64,000 nt of DNA from Strigamia acuminata (Eukaryota), in contig OX442314.1 in NCBI GenBank assembly GCA_949358305.1, positions 5,704,001 to 5,768,000 on the forward strand, read 5' to 3'. Both the position numbers and the translations under genes were made by a program. The notes beneath the pieces were generated by a model, which did no database searches, was not told the origin of the DNA, and saw only the letters and a list, made by a program, of their open reading frames with translations. Shown piece by piece: positions 35,380 through 44,962 of this stretch (positions are counted from its first letter, which is position 1; the number at the start of each line of letters is the position of its first letter).

Positions 35380-36861
35380 ATGGCTCAAAAACCATTGAAT
35401 ATGATCGATCCAAAAGGAAATAATAAGCAGACAAACTTAAATTTAAGTTCTATACCACTTGGCGATCAAACAGAAAAGATTCCCGATCATTTTACTCTGT
35501 ATTGTAATCGTCATGGACTGGATAAAACCAAGTTTAAAAATATAATCGAAGCTTCAGACTATGTAAAAGCTAGGAACTGGCGAGATCGTACCCAATCTCA
35601 ATCTTCACATCAAGATCCAGTACGGAATCCACAAACATACAGCCGAAACTTAGTGAATCAAGATTCTCATACTATGTTTCAAACATCCAGTAGGGGATCT
35701 AAGTTAGAAAAGTTTAAACCACCTAATTCGGTAGATAAGGGGGAAGAGAATTATAAACCTAATAATTCTCGTCCAGAGAGTTCGTTAACTAACCAGTCGG
35801 TTGTTCAGAACAAATTAAAACTCGTTTACAATCGAGATCAGCTAATTTCAGTTCGATATGCTAATCCAGCTGAAGCACAACAATATGTGGCTAGCCTTAA
35901 TCTGTCGATTAACCTACCGCTATCAAAAGAATTGGGAACCGTAAACAAAAGTTTTGGGCCACCAATATCAACGCAAAGGAAAGATATTCGGACTCCAAAC
36001 AAACATTTACAGTCAAATAACGTACAACAACGTGCCCGATCGCCGATCACAAACTCATGTTTGCGGACGTATGATTTGTCTACCAAGAAGAGTCCCCAGC
36101 CAAGACAATTCTACCTAACGCCCATTTCAAATCGAAAAAAGGTCAAGCAAACTTTTCCCTTGAAAAAGTATTACCAACACGATAATGAGAATGATTTTAA
36201 ACCTAAAAAAGAAAGTTTTTTGACTAACCCACGGGAGATCCGGTATCAATTCGAACAGTATTGTAAACAATACCAGTTAAATTCAGCTGAATTTAAAAAT
36301 ATAAACGAAGCGCAACAATTCGTATTTCGAAATCAATACCGTAACCAACGACTAAAACCCGTCCCAGTCGTCAATCTGACGGAGATACAACAATTTGCGT
36401 CTGGAAAGCAACCCTGCAATATCCAGAATAATTCATCTCAACGAGAGGAATTAAGAACTTCAAAAAAGCGTTTTCGGTCACCAAGTCCAGCTGGTGATGA
36501 AGAAACTTCAAGTACAAACCAACATGTTCAAAAACTGACTGAAAACCCAGGTTTCCAATCATCAGTTCCACGACTTAGAGTCAAATATAGATCCCCTCGT
36601 TTGTTGCGGGATTTCACAATTCCAAATATGGGTCCTTTCCACGTATGGTTTTCCAATGAGGGTCCCATTCATGTATGGTTTTCCAGAGATGACCTAAAAC
36701 AAAAAGTTGGGTCGTCACGGTCATTTACACTGCCAAGTCAGTACACTGTATGTAACTGCCCAAAGGAAAAACGTCGAAAGAAATCAGTACAGCAGGCTGA
36801 GAGATCTCGGAAATTCGCAAATATGCGAGCTCAATATTTAGCAAAGAATCATGTTGATTAA
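35380..36861 (+). CDS. Element C orphan cargo ORF (~493 aa, basic, N/Q/S-rich, internal repeat)
   Basis: Only long ORF in the AT-rich interior; ATG at 35380; conserved in copy D apart from one stop codon and a few substitutions. Confidence 0.7.
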   Translation: MAQKPLNMIDPKGNNKQTNLNLSSIPLGDQTEKIPDHFTLYCNRHGLDKTKFKNIIEASDYVKARNWRDRTQSQSSHQDPVRNPQTYSRNLVNQDSHTMFQTSSRGSKLEKFKPPNSVDKGEENYKPNNSRPESSLTNQSVVQNKLKLVYNRDQLISVRYANPAEAQQYVASLNLSINLPLSKELGTVNKSFGPPISTQRKDIRTPNKHLQSNNVQQRARSPITNSCLRTYDLSTKKSPQPRQFYLTPISNRKKVKQTFPLKKYYQHDNENDFKPKKESFLTNPREIRYQFEQYCKQYQLNSAEFKNINEAQQFVFRNQYRNQRLKPVPVVNLTEIQQFASGKQPCNIQNNSSQREELRTSKKRFRSPSPAGDEETSSTNQHVQKLTENPGFQSSVPRLRVKYRSPRLLRDFTIPNMGPFHVWFSNEGPIHVWFSRDDLKQKVGSSRSFTLPSQYTVCNCPKEKRRKKSVQQAERSRKFANMRAQYLAKNHVD

Positions 36862-37456
36862 CATGATATGATACACAAAGATTCCCCGATTATAGTGTAA
36901 ACAGAAAATCCTCTTCTAAAAATCATGACCTCTCTTCTAAAGAAAAGGAGGACAAAATATAAAGTTAAAATTAACAATTCTCGAAAAGTAATATTACAGT
37001 ATTAAAAGACAACTAGTTTAAATTAAAATTAGTCAATTGTACAAAGAATACCAAGTGACTCCGGTCATGACAATTAAGGAGGACATTTTGATTCTTAAAT
37101 TGTCAACTCTTATCATCTAAAAGCTATTTATTGTATATTTATAGCGATACATCTGACTAGGCATATGAAATAAATATTTTGTGATAACACAAATGATGAT
37201 TTTATGTATGACGAAAGTTTCTTCAAAAAGAAGACTTGGAAATAAATTCTGGACTTGAATTTAGGCTATTAGAAAAGATTATTTCGGCAGAAATCCAGAA
37301 CTTAGATAATTCAAGTTAGTTTATGTAAACTCAAATTCGAAATTGGAAGTCACGGTATCTCCAAGATACATCAAGTCCGAAAATAGCATTTATGCTAATT
37401 AGGAGAATAACGAAAACTCTATAAAATATTATATAGTTGTGTTATTAAGGGGGATG

Positions 37457-39370
37457 TATGACGGTTTACAATGGCTATAAATGCCTATTTTCTATCAAGA
37501 AAGCGCTGTTGCGCCAATATGATGGTATTTTTACAATATTCTGTGTAAAACTGATAAATGTCTAGAATAAAGTCATTTATGATGTTTCAAATACAAAGAT
37601 GTTCGTTTATTAAGAATAAACACTAATTTCCACATGATACTAAAGTATCACGGCATAATTACGAAGATTCGTCTGCTAAAACCCGCATTTGTCAATGCTC
37701 CATATTGCCACTAGATGGCGCGATCGCAATTAGCGATAAATTCGAATACGAACTTGAAAACCTCATGATTAAATATAAACGTATATTTAATCAAGTGAAT
37801 AAATTGTGTTAAATATTAATATAAATATATATTAAATATCTGACATTGTTAAATACAATGTAACTTCCATTTCTGCGGGACAGAATGTTTAGCGATCAAT
37901 CGGTCAACCGATCAATCTGATTGGTGGAACCCATTTCCGGTCCTGGGTATCCAGTTCCGGTTGTAACAAGGATTAGCATAATTTGCATAAATGCTCCTCC
38001 GTATCCACTTCCGGTGATACGGGATTGGAGGGATTCGTGGAACCCATGTTCCAATTGGATGACTGGATTAATCCTTAAATCCAGTCAGGTTATATAAACC
38101 CAAACAATCGGCCATTCCGCAGCTCTGTTTGATTATTTTCTGTTTGGTATTGTTACTTATGAAATATGATTCGTTGTTCACGTAAAAAACCTTTTGGTTC
38201 TTTGTTGATTTATTCGCAAAGAACCGTTGCATGATTCTACAGAATCATGCCACCGCCGGCAATTGAAGTCGAAGTGCTGGGATTATTATGTTGCATAAAT
38301 GTTACAGTCTACGGTTGCGACGCCGAAGGAGAACCCGCCGTTGTGCAATTCAGTATCCTCCGGACAGGACCAAGTTGTCTTTTTCGGTATGAACGTATTC
38401 CGTTACCACGAGTAGCATCGGTATTGTTGAGAATCGGTTCCTTCACCTGATGGTGCCAAAGCAGTCTGTTTTACAGTAACCACGAGTAGCACCAAGTGTT
38501 TGGCAAGCTGATTCTCATGGTATTCGATGCCAAAGCAGTCGGTCTATTATTAGTACCGCGAGAGATAAAACTGCTGTGCGGAGCCGCGAGCTATCGACCC
38601 CTGTGTACGTGGTACCGTCAACCACTCGATGGACGACCGTGCTGCGACGCCGGGGACGCTTGATACCGTTCTGCATGGCAAGGCGTATATTCTAATCGAT
38701 GGCAATTGTGTGTTGCGACGGGAAGCTTAATCTTCATTTTATTTATAACAGCAAAACTTAAACTCGACAACCAGTTGGACCAAAATCAAGTCAGAAGACT
38801 TAATCTCATATTGAACTCAATATAACCGATAAGTTGACGACAACTTATTCCCGAAATATCTAAATAAGAATTCACAACGATATGAATTAAATATAATTCA
38901 TAAGTGGAATATTGATAAGTAAATGAATACATTTACTTACACCAATATCCTCCCAAAGTTGTGGCGGTGCAGACAAAGTCAACCGCAATGCTCAGATCAT
39001 TCGATTTATCGACGTGCGATAGTTCACACAGCGAACCAAGGAAACCAGCGAAGCCGTATCGGACTCCAGGACACAGCCATCCGGCTTAAGATGACATCTA
39101 TAATCAGGTCGAGCGATGGGGAAACCGCTCCCATATTCCAGACCCGTAGTGATATTATTCTAGGGCCAGTTGGCCAATTCTTTGTATAGTTTAATAGCTG
39201 ATTTAACTTGCCAAATGTCGGCATTAGTCCTATGTATAATTTAGCCTTGATATTATTGTTTACCAACAATAAACTGTCTTGTATTTATCTCGTATTGTAT
39301 TCACTGTTTATTTATTGCGATCTCTTCCCGGTACCATTGTTAAATGGGAGTTGTGGTCGTCACCGTCACA
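37457..39370 (+). repeat. Element C 3' LTR
   Basis: Preceded by PPT AAGGGGGATG; ends CCGTCACA, followed by TSD GTGC. Confidence 0.95.
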
Positions 39371-39374
39371 GTGC

Positions 39375-39494
39375 CCAAGAACAGCGAAAGAAGACGCTAA
39401 GTTTGACGCGATAATGAAGCAGATGGCAGAGATTAAACTCGCCATGGCAAAAAACGAGTCAAAAAACGAGTCAGCGCAGGCGGCGAAGAAATAA
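39375..39494 (+). CDS. gag: Element B Gag C-terminal remainder
   Basis: PRTAKEDAKFDAIMKQMAEIKLAMAKNESKNESAQAAKK* rejoins in frame when C plus one TSD is removed, and aligns with the A Gag tail. Confidence 0.9.
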   Translation, partial: PRTAKEDAKFDAIMKQMAEIKLAMAKNESKNESAQAAKK

Positions 39495-39512
39495 CTTCTC
39501 GACCGTCTGCGC
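39449..39512 (+). promoter_or_regulatory. -1 frameshift signal of element B
   Basis: Two in-frame A_AAA_AAC heptamers (39449, 39461), 6-nt spacer, stem GCGCAGGCGG/CCGTCTGCGC. Confidence 0.85.
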
Positions 39513-42500
39513 CATTCATGAAGAAGAAGGGGCTTAACAAAGGGTTCGATAAACCGCCACCAGTCAAAGAAATGGGTAGTGACATAGCTAACGCCCAGAT
39601 CCAAGACAGGGCCAACAACGCTTTGCAGGTAATTACCGCAAACGCTGAGGCTGAGGCGGAAGAACCAAACCTACTGCTTGAAGAATTACCTCAAGTAGTC
39701 GAAGACACAGAAGAATTTCGTGTTTTCATGTGCAACGTGGCGGTCGAATATACCAGCCGCCTATGTATGCTGCCCATGACAATAGAACGCGAAAAAATTA
39801 TGGGACTGCTAGACTCGGGAGCAGATCGCTCGTTCGTTTCCGAAGACATAGTAGCATCATTGGGTCTCACCGATAAGATAAAAGGCGTTAATAAAAATGT
39901 ACGTCTAAAAACCGCCAACGGAATGGCGCGTCCAAAAGGAGTTATATTATTGACCATGGAGTGGCTCGGAGGGGTAGAACAGCACCCTTTCCTGGTCCTG
40001 CCCACGTGCGACAGAATTTTTCTGTTGGGCTTAGACCTCATGGCGTCAATGGAAATACAACCAAATCCAATAACGAAATCTTGGAATTATATCAGAAATG
40101 ATAGAGAAAGACCCGCAATTGTCGTGCCACCAGCTCTTATCAAAGAAGCGGCCGACAAGACACAGTGGGAGAAAGGCCTAAAGAAATTCGTTCAAGACTA
40201 CAATTTTAAAGCATTCGTAGCAGAATTGCAACGGGACAATGTAGTGGAAACGCTTGTCGCCGACGCCGCTTTAGAATTAAACGAAGCGGCAGCCCTACGA
40301 AGGGTCCTACTTAAATATGAGGGGATCCTGTCGAAAAAACCGGGCCGAACGAATAGGGCTATTCACGAAATTAAATTGACGGATAATAAACCTATACGAG
40401 TTGCGTATAAGGGAATGAACCCGCAAAAACGTGAAATAGTACAAAAAATGTGCCAAGAAATGCTAGACAGTGGCATTGTCTCCGAGGCCCAGGGAGAATA
40501 CGCGACGCGAGTTGTGCTCGTGATGCGCCCGGGCTCGGACCCACGCCTATGCATTGATTACCGCCCATTAAACGCGGTGACAGAGATAGATCCCATACAG
40601 ATGCCGTCTATCGAATCCATTTTGAGAGAGCTTAGCCCCTTTTCTTGGGTTACGACGATGGATCTGTCGAAGGGATACTGGCAAGTTGAGATGAGGCCAG
40701 AGGATAAGCTAAAAACAGCATTTTACTCGCCAATTGGACGGTTGATGTTCAACGTCATGCCGTTTGGTTTAGTGAATGCTCCCAGTACCTTTCAGAGACT
40801 AATCGAAAGCGTATTGGGTGATATCCTGCATCAGTTCGTGTGGGCATACCTAGATGACATAGTTATTGCCTCTAAAACATTCGAAGAGCACATTGAGCAC
40901 ATCGAACAAGTGCTCACCCGGCTGGCGAAAGCTGGGTTACACGTTCATCCGGGCAAGAGCAAGTTCTGTCGAAAGGAGCTTGCCTTCCTGGGTTATCGCA
41001 TTGGAGTCAACGGTTTAGCTATTGGCCCCGAAAAAATCGATGCGATTAATCGTTTCCCACCACCCGAGGACGTTAAAGGTGTCCAACGGTTTATGGGAAT
41101 GATAAACTTCTTCGGCAGGTTGCTACCGGGTCTAGCTGAAGTGGCAGCCCCAGTTACCGACCTCCTGAAGAATGAAAACGAATTTGTATGGTCAAATGAG
41201 TGCACCATCGCATTTAATGCGATAAAGAGGATGCTGACGGAAGTCGGCGTAATGCCTCTACCCGACTTAAACCGGCCGTTCATATTACATACGGACGCCA
41301 GCAGAGTTGGGTTAGGAGCGGCGTTGCTCCAAACACACGTGCGCGACGGAGTCGAACAAGACCTGCCGTGCATGTTTATAAGTCGCAAACTCCAAGGCGC
41401 TGAAAAAAATTACAACGCCACAGAGTTGGAGTGTTTGGCAGTTGTGTGGGCTATAAGGAAATTCAGAGATTATCTCGAATATACCAAATTTGTAGTCCAC
41501 ACAGATCATCAAGCGTTACAATGGCTGATGAAATTAAAGGAGCCAGCCGGTCGACTAGCCAGATGGCAGTTAGAACTGATGGCATGTGACTTGACCATTC
41601 AATACAAGCCCGGCAAATATAACGTCGTGGCTGACGCTCTATCAAGGGCACCAGTGTCAGATCCTATCGACGCTGACGATGATGGCGAGGATGATTCCCG
41701 CATCATTTACTGCCCGACGAGTTGTCACCGTTGGGATTTAAGGAAGATAAATGAAATTCCCACCGCGTCTCCAGCAGATGTAAAATTCTGTGGATTCTGG
41801 ACGCGGTTATACCAACCAGCTGCTGACAATCACCCAAATGCAAAGAAGGAATTTAAGCTAGAGCGGAGAATAAATGACCCGCTTCTAAGCGCCTTCCACG
41901 CTCATGTCGGCAGGCAAATGCGAAGCAATCCCCCGACAAGGGAGGAAATAATTGTGCAACAAAAATTAGACAAAAAATGTCAGGACAGAGCTAGATTCGT
42001 ACTGACAGGAAAATATCCGCCCAACTTAACCAGAAGGCAGAAGCGTCGTTATGCACACGAATCCATAGATTACCTATTGGATGACGGCCTTTTGGTGAAA
42101 CATCACCCAAATCACCAAGATGACTTGAGTGAATCGGACACCGCAGTAAAGGTAGTAATACCTGCTTCCTTAATCGGTCGCGTGCTGTGGTTGTTACACG
42201 GGCACCCGCTTGCGAGCCATGCGGGAGTAAGCAGAACACTCTATCGTGCTACACAGCTTTTTCACTGGACAGGGATGAAAAAAGATATTGCTCTTTTTGT
42301 CCACCAATGTCAGCGATGTCAAGCGTGCAAGCCGAGGAGTAAATCACCATTCGAAACTATTTTCTTAGGGCCTTACGCGCCTTTTGATTGTTTAAGTGTC
42401 GATGTGATGGGCCCAAAACCCGTTACGGGAAATAAAAATGCGTACATTATCGTTATAATGGACGTGGCGACTCGTTGGCCCGAGTTGTACGCCGTCGCTA

Positions 42501-43588
42501 GACCTTCAGCAGAAAAAATCGTTAAATGTATCTACGACGTGGCGTTACGTTACGGATTTCCACGTAAAATGATATCCGACAACGGACCCCAATTTATCTC
42601 GAAAATTTGGGGTAAGTTTTGTGAGAAATTCGGGATTGTGGCGTCACATACTTCGACCTACAATCCCAGAACAAATCCCGTTGAGCGACTCAACAGGGAC
42701 ATTAAATATGCACTAAGTATATTCACTGACATCCACAATAAGTGGGATGAATACTTGAGGGAGATCGCGTTCAGCATACGAACAACAGTCTCGAGGACGA
42801 GAGATTTTTCTCCGGCCTACCTCAACTTCGCCCGGGAGCTACGAGTGCCTTGGGACCCACGAGTGGCAGAGTCAGTAAATGTGGTGGACCCCGAGAAACC
42901 ACATGAGTACGTGTATAAATTGGAGCAAACCATCTCCAACACGTACAAGCACATGATGGCGCACATTTTTAACATGCGCGACCGCATTTTACAAGATAAA
43001 AGCGGTGGAAAATTCGTGAATTTCGAGATTAATGATTTAGTGTGGAAGGACACACACATCCTCTCAAATGCAGCGAGAGGAATCACCGCCAGCTTGGCCG
43101 ACAAAAGAGACGGTCCGTATGTGATCATCGGCAAGCATGGCGGTAACGCGTATAAATTACGTAAGCTCGAGGACAATACCGAGCACAAATCGATCCAGGT
43201 ACGAGAGTTAACTCCGTACATTCCGGAATTCCCGCAAGAAATGTGGGCCAAGGGCCAAGTCAAGTCAAAAACTGACGGCCAAATCGTCGATATGTTCGCT
43301 GGCGAGTCGGAAAAAGCACCGCCAAGTGACAACGAGGAGTATTTCGACGCCCCTTCACCACCGGTAAACGAGATAGTTGAATCCGTTCCGGATCCAATTT
43401 TGGTCGGGGGGGAAACAGGAGAAACTCCTGAAACAAACACAAAAAACACGGATAAAAAAGAAAACAGTAATGAGGAGGTACAGACACAAAAAACAACAAA
43501 AAATATCGTACCTGTCTCGACTCATCACCTGCGGCTTCGTAGAAGTAATCCGTTTATAAAAGACGGAAAGGTCGTAGGAAAGGAGTAG
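39467..43588 (+). CDS. pol: Element B Pol (PR-RT-RH-IN), intact frame
   Basis: LLDSGAD, YLDD, TDAS, HHCC, DDE and GPY motifs; strong similarity to A Pol. Confidence 0.97.
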   Translation, partial: RVSAGGEEITSRPSAPFMKKKGLNKGFDKPPPVKEMGSDIANAQIQDRANNALQVITANAEAEAEEPNLLLEELPQVVEDTEEFRVFMCNVAVEYTSRLCMLPMTIEREKIMGLLDSGADRSFVSEDIVASLGLTDKIKGVNKNVRLKTANGMARPKGVILLTMEWLGGVEQHPFLVLPTCDRIFLLGLDLMASMEIQPNPITKSWNYIRNDRERPAIVVPPALIKEAADKTQWEKGLKKFVQDYNFKAFVAELQRDNVVETLVADAALELNEAAALRRVLLKYEGILSKKPGRTNRAIHEIKLTDNKPIRVAYKGMNPQKREIVQKMCQEMLDSGIVSEAQGEYATRVVLVMRPGSDPRLCIDYRPLNAVTEIDPIQMPSIESILRELSPFSWVTTMDLSKGYWQVEMRPEDKLKTAFYSPIGRLMFNVMPFGLVNAPSTFQRLIESVLGDILHQFVWAYLDDIVIASKTFEEHIEHIEQVLTRLAKAGLHVHPGKSKFCRKELAFLGYRIGVNGLAIGPEKIDAINRFPPPEDVKGVQRFMGMINFFGRLLPGLAEVAAPVTDLLKNENEFVWSNECTIAFNAIKRMLTEVGVMPLPDLNRPFILHTDASRVGLGAALLQTHVRDGVEQDLPCMFISRKLQGAEKNYNATELECLAVVWAIRKFRDYLEYTKFVVHTDHQALQWLMKLKEPAGRLARWQLELMACDLTIQYKPGKYNVVADALSRAPVSDPIDADDDGEDDSRIIYCPTSCHRWDLRKINEIPTASPADVKFCGFWTRLYQPAADNHPNAKKEFKLERRINDPLLSAFHAHVGRQMRSNPPTREEIIVQQKLDKKCQDRARFVLTGKYPPNLTRRQKRRYAHESIDYLLDDGLLVKHHPNHQDDLSESDTAVKVVIPASLIGRVLWLLHGHPLASHAGVSRTLYRATQLFHWTGMKKDIALFVHQCQRCQACKPRSKSPFETIFLGPYAPFDCLSVDVMGPKPVTGNKNAYIIVIMDVATRWPELYAVARPSAEKIVKCIYDVALRYGFPRKMISDNGPQFISKIWGKFCEKFGIVASHTSTYNPRTNPVERLNRDIKYALSIFTDIHNKWDEYLREIAFSIRTTVSRTRDFSPAYLNFARELRVPWDPRVAESVNVVDPEKPHEYVYKLEQTISNTYKHMMAHIFNMRDRILQDKSGGKFVNFEINDLVWKDTHILSNAARGITASLADKRDGPYVIIGKHGGNAYKLRKLEDNTEHKSIQVRELTPYIPEFPQEMWAKGQVKSKTDGQIVDMFAGESEKAPPSDNEEYFDAPSPPVNEIVESVPDPILVGGETGETPETNTKNTDKKENSNEEVQTQKTTKNIVPVSTHHLRLRRSNPFIKDGKVVGKE

Positions 43589-44068
43589 AAAACGTTACGA
43601 GTCGATGGCGACGCTGAAAAACAAAAAAATTGACCGATCGACAGCGCTAGCCATCAAAATCCGAGACTCTGAAAATTTCGCTAAGTCCAACAAAGCGGAT
43701 ATCGGTCGAATTCACGTCACGAGATGGCGTGGAAACGCGGGACCCGTAGCAAAATTATCGGCATGGGTCGGATACCGCGTGCAAAAGACCCCGTAGCAGC
43801 GATCGCGCACGGGCGTAGAAACAAAGGAGCCCCGTAGCGTAACATGCGCACGGGCTGTTGCGCACAGTCATAAGCACCTGGTTCTGGAGTAAAATTACCC
43901 AGAACCCACCACGATTGCCTCGTTTTCACCCGGACTTCCGCTAAAATCAGCTGATCGTCGTCCGCACGTGATACACAGCGAGTGCATTTTTAACCGAGTT
44001 TTTGATCCATTTTACGAGAAGTTTTCAAGTTTTTTAATCGTGGTCTGACTGAACGCGCAATCCTCACG

Positions 44069-44161
44069 ATGGATGAGGAAGGAGGGGACGAGGAAATGCT
44101 TGAAATACAGCATCATGACGAGAATTGGGACCCGGACATAAACGTAGTTCCACCCGATCAG
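44069..44161 (+). CDS. Element B ORF3, predicted exon 1 (31 aa, ...HDENWDPDINVVPPDQ)
   Basis: ATG at 44069; donor CAG|GTAGTA in phase 0; DENWD shared with A. Confidence 0.7.
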
Positions 44162-44962
44162 GTAGTAGTCGGCATCGCCGCACGAGATTTAGCTCCGTGC
44201 GGTCGAATTAAAGATACACTTGACTAATACTTGACATGAACGCTCTGCGTTCGAAATCGTGTATAATTATTATACTAATATCCACGATCGCGAGAGCGAT
44301 TGTATTTTCTCCTATTATTTGTCTTCAAGGACGCGATAGCAGACAAACTGTCGCCTCGCTCCTTGAAGATGACTCACGACAATTGACACGAACGAGACAA
44401 AGGAAACGAGCTTTCTTTTTATATTCCAGAAATGGGAATAATTTATTGGATGGATTTTGAAAGAATTTATAGAACGTTGTTTCTATTTTTATTTGCTATT
44501 TTATTTGCGAATTTTTTCCCGATGACACTAATTTATTATAGATTCGTTTTTTAACTCGACTTTAACTCCGAATTTTTGGAGTTATTATTAGACAAATTTA
44601 TTTCTTTACAAGTTAATTCACGACAAGAACATTTGTTTACATGTTCTAAAATTGTTATTGGAGATTTTCACGAACGATTTCGCGAATTTATTGGTTTAAA
44701 TACAAATTTACAGTTTAATTTTAAATTAAGCAATCCGAAGAAAAATTTCCGGATTAATACGCTCGATTCCGTCTCGTGGTTATCATTGGACGTGAACCAG
44801 ATGTGCCAAGAAGACTCTTTTCTTCCTGACAAGGACGAATCAATGAACAGGAATAGGACTCGACGAGCGGTCGCACGTTTCAGCGACGTTCCTCGAGCCC
44901 ACCCCCTATTTATCTCCGTGTTATTGGCGATTTCATTAATTATTTTGTTTCCATCATTGCAG

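Larger units (their letters stand above)
29938..39370 (+). mobile_element. Element C: non-autonomous LTR retrotransposon (LARD-like, 9433 bp)
   Basis: 1914-bp LTRs (29938-31851, 37457-39370); TSD GTGC; tRNA-Gln PBS; PPT AAGGGGGA; no gag/pol motifs seen in the 5.6-kb interior. Confidence 0.95.

Noticed and set aside
44576..44962. 129-aa N-terminal extension of B ORF3, including a hydrophobic stretch that mimics a signal or TM segment
   Set aside because: Starts at TTG, lies in the predicted AT-rich intron and has no counterpart in A; the hydrophobic run is the translated polypyrimidine tract
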